In this document: in pieces, positions 47,315 through 56,748 of the stretch | Numbering within the stretch: the first letter of the stretch is position 1 | How the letters are laid out: the number at the start of each line of letters is the position of its first letter | Assembly: GCA_902792515.1 (NCBI GenBank) | Contig: CADAZX010000012.1 | Location: 6,165 to 70,164 of the forward strand | DNA length: 64,000 nucleotides | Direction of reading: 5' to 3' | Source of the DNA: an uncultured Ruminococcus sp. | Lineage (GTDB): Bacteria > Bacillota > Clostridia > UBA1212 | The notes under the pieces: generated by a model | Databases searched by the model: none | What the model saw: the letters and a program-made list of their open reading frames with translations, nothing else | What the model was told of the DNA's origin: nothing | Position numbers and translations under genes: made by a program

Positions 47315-48520
47315 TCAGCGTCTTCCCGGCGTCTTTCTTGCCGCCGTTCCCTGGACGTCCTCGCCTCTTTCGGGAGGCAGCGAGTCCATGTAGTCCAAAA
47401 GCATAAAGCCTATGCTGACCTTGAGCCCGTCCTCGAACGAAGTGCAGTTGAGCCCGGTCAGCTTGTTGAATTTGTCGATACGGTAGTTGAGCGTGTTCCT
47501 GTGCACGAAAAGGACCTTCGACGTCTCGGAGACGTTCTGGTTCAGCTCGAGGTACGTTTTCACCGTCTTGATCAGCTCGTCGCCGGCCTCTCCGCTCTTT
47601 TCTCCGTTTTTCTCGTCCGCGCGCATCTTTTTCCCGTGGTATTCGAGAAAAGCCGTCCCGAATACTTCGCGCAGGTACGCCTCGCAGACCTCCCTTTTCA
47701 GTCCGTAAAGAAGGCGCGCGACGCCGAGCTTGTCGTAGGAATAAACGCCGCCGTCAAATCCGAAGGACTCTCCTACCGCGAGCGCGCGTTCGGCCGTTCT
47801 GTAAGAGGTGTCGGCGTTTCTGAGCTGCCTGACCCTCGCGCCGATGCCGACCGAGATGTCCGTGAGATACTCCGAAAACGCGGTCTCCCTCACGCCCGCT
47901 GCCGTCGCGGCTATGTCCTCGGGCGAGTTCCGGTCCCCGACAGGAACGATTACCGCCGCCGCGTCCGCCCTCATTTTGACGGTTACGCAGCCTTCGCTCT
48001 CTGGAAAAACATATTCAAGAAGCGAACACACGTCCGAAAGCCTGTTCTCGCGCTCTCCGCCGTCGCCCTTTCTCCTGCCCGAAACCGTGACGATCAGCAC
48101 CTCGACGTCGCCGCCCGCCGCCGATATCCGCTTGGTGTAGAGCGAAAAGTCGTTCTGGTTGACGGCGTCCCTGCCGCCTGTAAGAAGCGTACGGAAAAAG
48201 TCGTTTCTGCGCGCGGAAACCGTCAGAACGTTTTCGTTGTAGATGACAGCCGCGAGCTCGAGAGTTTTCCCTGCCGACGACGCCGATTCGCCCTGTTTTA
48301 CCGTGTCGCAGAACCACAGTCCGTCGTTCTCCGTTTTCACGAACAGGCAAACACGGCCGTCCTTTGTCCGGACAACTCCTTCGGAAGGCTCTTCCGGAAC
48401 CGGAATATTCTCCTCTTTTTCGGGAAAAATCAACTTTCCCGACATATCCGCTATACCGAAGTCCGGGCCCATTATGCCCGAGATCTTTTCGGCGAGCGTC
48501 TTGACCTCAAAGTCGTCCAT
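47315..48520 (-). CDS. PucR/CdaR-family transcriptional regulator
   Basis: C-terminal PucR-type HTH (VSETSKVLFVHRNTLNYRIDKFNKLTG). Confidence 0.7.
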   Translation of the reverse strand: MDDFEVKTLAEKISGIMGPDFGIADMSGKLIFPEKEENIPVPEEPSEGVVRTKDGRVCLFVKTENDGLWFCDTVKQGESASSAGKTLELAAVIYNENVLTVSARRNDFFRTLLTGGRDAVNQNDFSLYTKRISAAGGDVEVLIVTVSGRRKGDGGERENRLSDVCSLLEYVFPESEGCVTVKMRADAAAVIVPVGDRNSPEDIAATAAGVRETAFSEYLTDISVGIGARVRQLRNADTSYRTAERALAVGESFGFDGGVYSYDKLGVARLLYGLKREVCEAYLREVFGTAFLEYHGKKMRADEKNGEKSGEAGDELIKTVKTYLELNQNVSETSKVLFVHRNTLNYRIDKFNKLTGLNCTSFEDGLKVSIGFMLLDYMDSLPPERGEDVQGTAARKTPGRR

Positions 48521-48565
48521 ACTTCACCTTCAGGAATATTCCGCCTTAAGCCGGAACGCAAAAAC

Positions 48566-48664
48566 CGCCGTACGTACCGCGCCCGCGTGCGTAAGCGCGT
48601 TGAGCGACCTGAAATTCGGGTCGTCGAGCATCGCCGTCCGTACCGCGCCCGCGTACGCGTAAGG
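48566..48664. promoter_or_regulatory. two ~33-bp direct repeats upstream of the PucR-family gene (candidate operator)
   Basis: ccgccgtacgtaccgcgcccgcgtgcgtaagcg (48566-48598) and cgccgtccgtaccgcgcccgcgtacgcgtaagg (48632-48664), about 85% identical. A nearby ggaatctcatc x2 tandem repeat lies at 48739-48760. Confidence 0.35.
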
Positions 48665-48766
48665 CAGGCTCTTTTCGGATTTCATACGCGGAAATTATAA
48701 CACACCCGCGCGTATTATGCAAACAAAACCGCGCGCCGGAATCTCATCGGAATCTCATCGTGAACC

Positions 48767-50659
48767 TCAGCCGAGGTATCTGAAGCTGAGCCTTCCGACC
48801 GGAAACGCCTTGCCGCTCACGTAGTAGTCCATAATATCGGACGGGTTTTCGACGCCGTCGGCGACTTTAAAATAGAAGCTGTTCACGTCCGCCGCGAGCG
48901 AAAGCGCCTGCCTCGGGACCTTGATCTCAAGGACCTTGCCGCTTAGCGCGTACTCCGCCTCACCCGTTTTTTCACCGGAAAAATCGGCCGAAAGCTTCTC
49001 TACCGCGAGTTTTCCGTCCTGTTCCGTGCGCCCGATGACGAAGCCGTAGCCTTCCCAGCCGCCCGCCGCCACCGCGCCGGTGCCGACAAAAACGTTCATC
49101 CACGAAGAGTCGCCGTTTTCGCGCGCCTTAACGTCTTCTTCCGTCTCGATTCTGAAATAGATCGAGGACGCGTCCTGCGCGATTCTGACCTCTTTAATAA
49201 AGTTCCGCGCCGCCGCCTGCTCGTAGTGCACGGTCGGAGCCGCTCCCTTGCTGCTTCTCGCTTCGTTTTCGATAACGGGAGCCATAAACACGGCCTCCGC
49301 CTCATCCCATTTCGGGTCGTTCGTGCCTATCGCGATTTCGGCGGGCTTTGAGTCAAGCTGCGCGCCTGCCGGCAGCTGTCCGTTTTTGTACTTTCTGATA
49401 TTCTGCGCGAGCTGGATGTAAAAAGCGTCGTTGTGGCCGCCCTTCATTGGCTCCGCGTCGCGCGAAAACTCGGTATTGGCAAGATCTACAAGCGCGTACT
49501 CGCCGTCGTAGGCGAACTTTCCCGCGACCCACTCGTTCCAGCCCGTGACAAATACCGTTCCCGGGTCCTCTTTAATGGCGACGTCCCATGTCGCCTGGAA
49601 AAACTGCCCCTCGGCCGCTTTGTCGCTCTCGTTTTTGTGCGTGTTCACGTTCCAACCGCGGCCCCAGTTGTCTGCTCCTCTCGTTATCGAAAACGACATC
49701 GGAAGCGCGGGGTGCGCCGCGACTGCAACGTTGATCACGTCGTTGTGAACAGGCGCCGGATACTCCCACTCGATCCACGGGAAGCCGTCCTCGCGGAACG
49801 GCGCGTTCGGCCACTGCGACTCCCTGAAGCTGAACAGTTCCAGAATCTCTTTTGAAAAAGGCTCGGAAACGTAGCTTTTATCGCCTCTTCCGCGCGCCTC
49901 GTTCCTGTCGTCGGCCATTGATATATTCCCTATAATTAGCGGTTTTCCGTCGACTCTGTACCACGCGGCGTCATACTTTCCGTTCTTGTAGTACAGCTGG
50001 TAAAGATTTTTGATCACGCGGTGGGAGTAGGCGTTTGTGTAAAAAACGATCTGAGGCGCGTCCCATCCGGCGTTCCGGAGTTCGCACACCTGCGTTATGA
50101 CCCTCTTGGCCACCACGTCGTACGTAACCGCGTTCGTCACGTCGAAAGCGAGGAAGTCGACTCCCGCCTCGGTCAAAAGCTCGAGATGGCGCCTGATGAC
50201 CCACTTGTCCGACGAATTGTAGTATCCGTAGAGAGGCTCGCCCCAGAAGTGCGGCTCGTCGACGGGCGACTGCTTGCTCTCTGAATAAAAAAGAATATCC
50301 TTGCCGTTGTCCTTTTCGAGCAGCTTCGAGACGTCGTAAATGTCCTTCGCGTTGTGCTGTCCCAGAGTCAAAAAATAGAACAGCCCGACGTTTCTCGTCT
50401 TGTCCGTCTTCTCGCCCGGCACGGCCTCAAAAGCGCGGCCGAACTCGTCAAGCCCGGTTACGTAGTTAGAGGTCTTCCCTCCTTTGTAATAGTCGGCGGC
50501 GGTAAGACCGTCAACTATTACCGGCTTGGGCGCCGCCGACGTCGGGTCCGAGGGGGCGTGACCGTCCGGAACGCCGCAGGACGGGCACGCCGCGAAGCAA
50601 GCCGCGCCAAGTGTCAGCAGCGCGGCGCAGCGTATCAGTTTTTTGAAATTCTTAAACAT
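48767..50659 (-). CDS. secreted lipoprotein, TIM-barrel glycosidase-like (GH99/GH71-like NEW motif), function unknown
   Basis: Start at MFKNFKK (ATG 50659); lipobox LGAACFAAC; motif TVFVTGWNEWVAGKF. Confidence 0.55.
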   Translation of the reverse strand: MFKNFKKLIRCAALLTLGAACFAACPSCGVPDGHAPSDPTSAAPKPVIVDGLTAADYYKGGKTSNYVTGLDEFGRAFEAVPGEKTDKTRNVGLFYFLTLGQHNAKDIYDVSKLLEKDNGKDILFYSESKQSPVDEPHFWGEPLYGYYNSSDKWVIRRHLELLTEAGVDFLAFDVTNAVTYDVVAKRVITQVCELRNAGWDAPQIVFYTNAYSHRVIKNLYQLYYKNGKYDAAWYRVDGKPLIIGNISMADDRNEARGRGDKSYVSEPFSKEILELFSFRESQWPNAPFREDGFPWIEWEYPAPVHNDVINVAVAAHPALPMSFSITRGADNWGRGWNVNTHKNESDKAAEGQFFQATWDVAIKEDPGTVFVTGWNEWVAGKFAYDGEYALVDLANTEFSRDAEPMKGGHNDAFYIQLAQNIRKYKNGQLPAGAQLDSKPAEIAIGTNDPKWDEAEAVFMAPVIENEARSSKGAAPTVHYEQAAARNFIKEVRIAQDASSIYFRIETEEDVKARENGDSSWMNVFVGTGAVAAGGWEGYGFVIGRTEQDGKLAVEKLSADFSGEKTGEAEYALSGKVLEIKVPRQALSLAADVNSFYFKVADGVENPSDIMDYYVSGKAFPVGRLSFRYLG

Positions 50660-50741
50660 TTTCTCTGTCCGGTTAAATATATAACCGCCCGTGTTTCCGG
50701 AGACCGTTCGCGCGGGCAGTTTTTTATAACAGGAGCAGCGG

Positions 50742-51425
50742 TCAGGCCGCCGTCTCCTCCGCTTCCTCGGCATAGCCGTAGCACTCGAATTCGTAAATAC
50801 TTACGAACGGATACTGTCCGCTGAACGTCTCGTCCTCAGGGAACTCCACGAGCACTCTTACAAAGGAAGCCGTCGTGTTGCTGTCGAATGAGCCCTCGTC
50901 GGTAAGCGCCGAAGGTCCGTAGTTCACGTCGTCGTACACGTAAACGGATTTCCAGCTCTCCTCTTCGCCGGTGTCGGAAACCTGAATGCTGTAGGTTCCG
51001 GTCAGCGACTCGAACATAATATAAAAGTCGGTGATCGTGAATTTTCCGCCCAGATCGATAACGACCCAGTAGGTTAAGTTGTTCTGCCAGTCGGGTCTCG
51101 AAAGGTCGAACCCGCTCCATCTCGTCGTCTCGTCGCCGTCGCAAACAAGGTTCGCCGGGCCGCAGTTGGCGCCACTCTCCGTGTAGTCGGCCGTCGCTTC
51201 TTTACCGAGTACAACGTTCACAATAGGCTTGGACGGCGTCGGAGCCTCAGTCGGTTCGGGTTTCTCCGTCGGCGCCTCAGTATCGGCGGGAGCCTCGGTC
51301 GCTGTCGAAGCCTGGGTTGCAGGCGGATCGGTCGGTTCGGGCTTGTTGTCCGGCGTCTTGGCGCAGGCGCAGAAAAGTACGCAAACACACAGTGCAAAAA
51401 CTGCTGCAACGATGATTCTTCTCAT
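50742..51425 (-). CDS. discoidin (F5/8 type C) domain lipoprotein
   Basis: Start at MRRIIVAAVFALCVCVLFCAC; Pro/Thr-rich linker; motif NLVCDGDETTRWSG. Confidence 0.65.
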   Translation of the reverse strand: MRRIIVAAVFALCVCVLFCACAKTPDNKPEPTDPPATQASTATEAPADTEAPTEKPEPTEAPTPSKPIVNVVLGKEATADYTESGANCGPANLVCDGDETTRWSGFDLSRPDWQNNLTYWVVIDLGGKFTITDFYIMFESLTGTYSIQVSDTGEEESWKSVYVYDDVNYGPSALTDEGSFDSNTTASFVRVLVEFPEDETFSGQYPFVSIYEFECYGYAEEAEETAA

Positions 51426-51550
51426 TTTGTAAATCCTCCAAATTTTCCGGCGGCGCTTATGCGCGCGCATATTAAAAGAATGGAACTTGCGGATATCTTC
51501 GCAGTTGGTTTTATTCTACACCATACCCTGCCGGTTTTCAAGCGTTTTAA

Positions 51551-51600
51551 CGTTTTTTCCGTCCCGTTTTTTCCGTCCCGTCCCGCGTTTTCCGTCCCGC
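51551..51600. repeat. short tandem TTTTCCGTCCCG repeats in a divergent promoter region
   Basis: gttttttccgtcccgttttttccgtcccgtcccgcgttttccgtcccgcg. Confidence 0.5.
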
Positions 51601-51868
51601 GCACATACTTCTCCCGTTCCGCTCCGGTCCCGCTCCGGTTCTCTCCCGCGTAAGTGTCGCGTCACTCCCCGCCGCGGGATATTTCCCGTTTTTCCGTTGA
51701 ACGGATTTAACGAATTTCAGGGGCGAAAATGCGTTTTTTTAACGTCGCGTTTCACGGCCGCCTGTGCGGATATTTCCCGGGTGTACGATCTTAACATGCC
51801 GGATGGCGAAAATTGCATTTTTTTACTGTCGTGCCGCCGCGACGCCCGTCCGGAGGCATGGTTCGAGA

Positions 51869-51897
51869 TTGACTTCGGCGCTCCGCGGTGGTACAAT
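51869..51897 (+). promoter_or_regulatory. putative sigma-70 promoter of the DUF4091-DUF5696-kinase operon
   Basis: TTGACT (51869-51874), 17-nt spacer, TGg-TACAAT (51892-51897). Confidence 0.45.
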
Positions 51898-51932
51898 CTC
51901 AGCAAGGAAAACAGCCGAAGGAGGGCTCGAAA

Positions 51933-53582
51933 ATGCTCATCAAAGCTATCACTTCACTTGAAAAATGCTTTCCGGACGAATACCCGGTCTCAAAACACGG
52001 TCTGAGCTCGTTTTCGATGCTGAAAAACGAGCGGTACTCTTTCCAGGTCTGCTTCCGCGTGAGCGAGGTCAACACCTCCTCGATGCACGCGACGGTGACC
52101 GTCGACTCCCCGCTGGCGGATTGCGTAAGCCTCTACAGGGTGCGCTGCACGCCCGCTGAGCTGCCCATTTTCGTCGGACACAACGACGGCAACTATCTGC
52201 GCACCGAGCCCGGCCTCTTCCCGGACGTTCTGGAGCCCTTTGAGAACGGCGGTCACGTCTCGGTGAGCAACGTTCTGCACAGCGTTTGGATTGAGATCGA
52301 CCCCAAAGGCAGTTTCCCCGCCTCCGCCTACCCCGTCACAGTCACGGTCAGCTCCGGCGGCGAAAAAGCCTCTGTCACCTGCCTCTGCGAGATCATTGAC
52401 GCGGAACTTCCTCCTCAGGAACTCATTTTCACGCAGTGGTTCTACGTCGACTGCCTTATGAACTACTACCGCACGGGCTTTTACGACGAACGGCTTTGGA
52501 CCGCGATCGACAGTTTTATGACTAACGCCGCGAAATACGGCCAGAACATGATCCTGACGCCCGTTCTCTCCCCCTCGCTCGACACAGCGGTCGGCACCTA
52601 CAGAAAGAACGTTCAGCTCGCCGACGTAAGAGTCGACGGTGGGGAATACTCGTTTGATTTTTCCAAACTCGGCAGGTGGGTCGACCTCTGCGACAAGGCG
52701 GGCATCAAATACCTGGAGATCAACCATTTCTTCACACAGTGGGGCGCGGCCGCCTGCCCGCAGGTCTGGGCAACGGTCGACGGCGAGTATAAACGGATCT
52801 TCGGCTGGGACACTCCCTCGGACAGCCCGGAATACAGGAAATTCCTCTCGCTGCTCATTCCCGCCTTCCTCGAATACCTCAGAACGGAGAGAAACGGCTC
52901 CGACAGGCGCTGCCGCTTCCACATTTCGGACGAGCCTTCCCTTGAGCAGCTCGACAAGTACAAGGAGCTCTCGGATATGGTCCGCCCGTTCACGGAGGGG
53001 CTCCCGATCATGGACGCGCTCTCGAATTATGAATTCTACAAGCTCGGTCTCGTTGACTGCCCCGTTCCCTCAACCGACCACGCTTCCGCATTCATCGAAA
53101 ACAAAGTGCCCGATCTCTGGCTCTACTACTGTTGTGGACAGATGAACGGTGTTTCAAACAGGTTCCTTGCGATGCCTTCCGCGCGCAACAGGATTATAGG
53201 GACGCAGTTCTACAAGTACAACATCGCGGGCTTCCTGCAGTGGGGTTACAATTTCTACAACACGATGCTATCGCTGACAGAGATCAACCCGTTCAACGAA
53301 TCCGACGCGGGCGGCTTCGTTCCCGCAGGCGACCCGTTCTCGGTCTACCCCGGCCCCGACCTTAAGGCATGGCCGTCCCTGCGCGAAGTCGTTTTCTTCG
53401 ACGCGATTCAGGACCTCCGCGCTCTCAGGCTTTTGGAGAGCATGATCGGCCGCGAAAAGGTGATGCACGAAATCGAAAACGGCATTCCCGAAATCACGCT
53501 TGCACGCTATCCCTCCGAGATTGGATTCATTCCGTCGATGAGGGAACGCGTTAACGCTTTAATTAAGAAACACACGAGGTGA
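51933..53582 (+). CDS. DUF4091-domain protein (GH123-like beta-N-acetylhexosaminidase-like)
   Basis: Start at MLIKAITSLEK (ATG 51933, RBS GAAGGAGGG). N-terminal beta-sandwich plus TIM-barrel-like region, matching the family architecture as recalled. Confidence 0.6.
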   Translation: MLIKAITSLEKCFPDEYPVSKHGLSSFSMLKNERYSFQVCFRVSEVNTSSMHATVTVDSPLADCVSLYRVRCTPAELPIFVGHNDGNYLRTEPGLFPDVLEPFENGGHVSVSNVLHSVWIEIDPKGSFPASAYPVTVTVSSGGEKASVTCLCEIIDAELPPQELIFTQWFYVDCLMNYYRTGFYDERLWTAIDSFMTNAAKYGQNMILTPVLSPSLDTAVGTYRKNVQLADVRVDGGEYSFDFSKLGRWVDLCDKAGIKYLEINHFFTQWGAAACPQVWATVDGEYKRIFGWDTPSDSPEYRKFLSLLIPAFLEYLRTERNGSDRRCRFHISDEPSLEQLDKYKELSDMVRPFTEGLPIMDALSNYEFYKLGLVDCPVPSTDHASAFIENKVPDLWLYYCCGQMNGVSNRFLAMPSARNRIIGTQFYKYNIAGFLQWGYNFYNTMLSLTEINPFNESDAGGFVPAGDPFSVYPGPDLKAWPSLREVVFFDAIQDLRALRLLESMIGREKVMHEIENGIPEITLARYPSEIGFIPSMRERVNALIKKHTR

Positions 53583-53585
53583 ACC

Positions 53586-55460
53586 ATGGCAATCTACTAT
53601 TTAAAAGGCGAAAAGCTGCGCGCGGAGTACTGCCCCGACAAACTCTCGCTTAAAGCGTTCTTTGGCGTCAACAGCTGGGAAACAGGCGGCATGATACCGT
53701 TCGTGCGCTCCAAAACGGCAGGAACCGTATCGTTTTCCGGCGCACGGTGCGAGTCTTCGGAATACGAAACCGGCACAGTCTCCGGCGTAAGAGCCGTCTA
53801 CAGCGGCTTCGGCGGCGGATCTTTCGAAAACGTCCGGATCGTCACGTTTGTGTACGTTGAGCGCTCTGACGACACTCTCCACGCCGAGTTCTTTGTAAAA
53901 GGCGACAAAGAGGCGGACATCGACGTCGTCTGCTGGCCCGCGCCGCTTAAATACGCCGCCGAAGAGGGCTACACGGTTCTCCCGAAAATGCAGGGCCTTA
54001 TCCTGCCGGCAAAATGGGACGGAAAGGTTCCCTGCTACCAGGGGTGGCAGATGCTCTCGCGCGACTACTATATGCCTTTTGCGGGCCAGATCCGCGGCCG
54101 TGAAGGTTACATGATGCTTTTCGACACTCCGTGGGACGCCTGCTGCGAGACGAAGCACGTTCCCGGCGGCGACACGACGTTGATTCCCTTCTGGAAGCCA
54201 ACTCTGGGCCACTTCCTGCCGCGCGACAGACGCAAGCTCGTCTATTCGTTCTACGAAGACGCGGACTATAACACATTCGCCAAGGTCTACCGCCGCTACG
54301 TTAAAGAGCACGGCCGGCTCGTCACAATGAGGCAGAAAATCGAAAACAACCCCTCGCTCGCCTACATGCCCGGCTGCCCCATATACCACGACGGCATCGC
54401 GACGTTCATTCACGAACAGTCGGAAGCCTACAACAAAGAGAATCCGGAGGCGAACACGTGGGTCACGCCGTTTTCGGAGATCGGAAAGAGGCTTGAAAAC
54501 ATTCATGAGCTCGGATTCGAAAAGGTCTACCTCCACCTCGACGGCTGGGGCCGCAGAGGCTACGACAGACTGCATCCGGATCTTTTCCCGCCCTGTGAAG
54601 AGGCAGGCGGCGCGGAGGGAATGAAGGACCTGAGCGACCTCTGCAGGAAGCTCGGCTACAGGTTCGGAATCCACGACCAGTTCCGGGACTACTATTTCGA
54701 AGCAGAGTCGTTCGACCTCGACAACGTCGCCGTGGACTTTGACGGGAACTACCCTGTCTACAACGTGTGGTGCGGCGGTCCGCAGACGTTTATGTGCCCC
54801 GAGCTCTGCCCGCAGTACGTAAAAAGGAACTACAAACACTTCGAAGAACTCGGCATCAAGATCGACGGAACGTATCTGGACGTCTTCTCTGTTGTCGACC
54901 TCGACGAATGCTTCAACGAAAAGCACGCCGTCACCAGAAGGGACTGCGTGGAATACCGCAGGAACTGCTTCGACTACCTTAACGCGGCGGGAATCATCAC
55001 CTCCTCCGAAGAAGGCGTCGACGCCGTGCTCCCCTCGATCGCGCTCGTTCACCACGCGCCGCTTTCAGTCGACGAGCTCTCCTCGGACCACGGCACCGCG
55101 GTAGGAATTCCCGTTCCGCTGCTCGCGCTCGTCTACAGTGACTGCCTGACTGTTCCGTGGTTCGGCGTCGGGTCACGCGGCGGGTGGCACATTCCCGTCA
55201 CCGACAGCGGATACCTCTACGCGCTGCTCACCGGCGGCACCGTCTATATCGGCCCCGGAATGTCCCCTGAAGGCGTCGCGCTCGCAAAGACCGCGCTTGA
55301 ACACAACGCGCGTGTATACGACAAGGAGCTCGTAAAGCACGAATTCCTCGGCAGTCCGCGCAAACAACGCTCCACGTTCGCCGACGGCACCGTCGTGACC
55401 GTCAATTTCGACACCGACGAGTTCAGCATCACTCCCGGAAACCGAAAACCGGAAATTTAA
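53586..55460 (+). CDS. DUF5696-like protein (soluble paralog of the 15946..18693 protein)
   Basis: 624 aa. Shared blocks with the 915-aa protein: LHLDGWGRRGY vs SLLGWQQGGYY; LGYRFGIHDQF vs LGFTSVDLQQL; VPLLALVY vs VPFVQIVY. RBS GAGGTGA. Confidence 0.6.
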   Translation: MAIYYLKGEKLRAEYCPDKLSLKAFFGVNSWETGGMIPFVRSKTAGTVSFSGARCESSEYETGTVSGVRAVYSGFGGGSFENVRIVTFVYVERSDDTLHAEFFVKGDKEADIDVVCWPAPLKYAAEEGYTVLPKMQGLILPAKWDGKVPCYQGWQMLSRDYYMPFAGQIRGREGYMMLFDTPWDACCETKHVPGGDTTLIPFWKPTLGHFLPRDRRKLVYSFYEDADYNTFAKVYRRYVKEHGRLVTMRQKIENNPSLAYMPGCPIYHDGIATFIHEQSEAYNKENPEANTWVTPFSEIGKRLENIHELGFEKVYLHLDGWGRRGYDRLHPDLFPPCEEAGGAEGMKDLSDLCRKLGYRFGIHDQFRDYYFEAESFDLDNVAVDFDGNYPVYNVWCGGPQTFMCPELCPQYVKRNYKHFEELGIKIDGTYLDVFSVVDLDECFNEKHAVTRRDCVEYRRNCFDYLNAAGIITSSEEGVDAVLPSIALVHHAPLSVDELSSDHGTAVGIPVPLLALVYSDCLTVPWFGVGSRGGWHIPVTDSGYLYALLTGGTVYIGPGMSPEGVALAKTALEHNARVYDKELVKHEFLGSPRKQRSTFADGTVVTVNFDTDEFSITPGNRKPEI

Positions 55461-55517
55461 ACCGGCATTTAAGACTCTGAAACAAACTCCATGACCCGTT
55501 AACCCGGAGGTTATATT

Positions 55518-56639
55518 ATGAACGAATTGATCAATACCGATATTATCAGGCTTTTTAAAACTGACCTCACCTCCTTCGACGACCTTGATATCGTGAGGAT
55601 CATCAGCGGCCACATTAACGTCACCTACTGCGTAACGCAGCCGGGATGCGCCGACACAGGACACGGACAGTACATCTTCCAGCGTATCAACCACAACATC
55701 TTCCGCGACCCGGAAGGACTTATGCGGAACATTCAGCTTGTGACGGAATACGTTTACAACCTGAAGAAGAACACGTCGCCTGACCCGGAGCGCTCCACAC
55801 TCGTGCTTATGCCCGCCGTTGACGGAAAGATTTTCGCGCGCGACAGCGAGGGCTATTACTGGAGGTGCTACCAATACCTGAGAAATTCGGTAAACCTCGA
55901 CATGGTCAAGGTCACAAGGAAGACGTACCTGAGCGCCGGCAGCGCGCTCGCGGAATTCCAGAAGTCGCTCATGGGTTTCGACGCGTCGCAGCTCGTCGAA
56001 GTGATTCCCGATTTCCATAACACCGTCAAGCGCTTCGAGAACCTAAAAAAGGCTGTCGCCGAGAACCGTTCCGGACGAGCGTCCGACGCGAAGGCAGATA
56101 TCGATTACGCCCTAAGTTTAGAGAAAATCACAAGTCTCATCACGGACGGTCTGAAATCAGGCGAAATCCCTCTCCGCGTCACGCATAACGACACGAAGTT
56201 CAGCAACATCATGATCGACCGCGACACAAAAGAGGTCCTCTGCTTTATCGACCTCGACACTGTTATGCCGGGAAGCGCTCTCTACGATTTCGGAGACGCG
56301 CTGCGCGCGGGCGGCTCATCCGCAGCCGAAGACGAAGCCGACCTTTCCAAGGTGCATTTCGTGCCCGCGAACTTTAGGAACTTCTGCAGGGGCTACCTGT
56401 CGGGCGCGAAGGATTTTCTGACCCCCTCCGAGATCGCGCTGCTCCCCGAGTCTGTCGCGATAATGACGTACGAGTGCGGCATCCGCTTTCTGTCCGACTA
56501 CCTCGACGGCGACGTATATTTCCACACCTCGTACCCGGAGCACAACCTTGTTCGCGCAAGAAACCAGTTCAAGCTCGTCTCGGACATTCTCGGCATGCTC
56601 CCCGCTCTCCACGCGGAAGTTAACAAGCTTCTCCGCTGA
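55518..56639 (+). CDS. APH-family phosphotransferase (NahK-like anomeric sugar kinase candidate)
   Basis: Brenner motif HNDTKFSNIM and a metal-binding IDLD motif. Operon context with glycosidases. Confidence 0.65.
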   Translation: MNELINTDIIRLFKTDLTSFDDLDIVRIISGHINVTYCVTQPGCADTGHGQYIFQRINHNIFRDPEGLMRNIQLVTEYVYNLKKNTSPDPERSTLVLMPAVDGKIFARDSEGYYWRCYQYLRNSVNLDMVKVTRKTYLSAGSALAEFQKSLMGFDASQLVEVIPDFHNTVKRFENLKKAVAENRSGRASDAKADIDYALSLEKITSLITDGLKSGEIPLRVTHNDTKFSNIMIDRDTKEVLCFIDLDTVMPGSALYDFGDALRAGGSSAAEDEADLSKVHFVPANFRNFCRGYLSGAKDFLTPSEIALLPESVAIMTYECGIRFLSDYLDGDVYFHTSYPEHNLVRARNQFKLVSDILGMLPALHAEVNKLLR

Positions 56640-56748
56640 CCGGTCCGTCCGGGAAATTCTCCGGCAGGGAACTTCTGCTGTCCGGAACTTCTGCAACCGG
56701 CGCGAACCTGCCTGAAAACGCAATTTTTTTCATAGAAAAGAGGATAAA

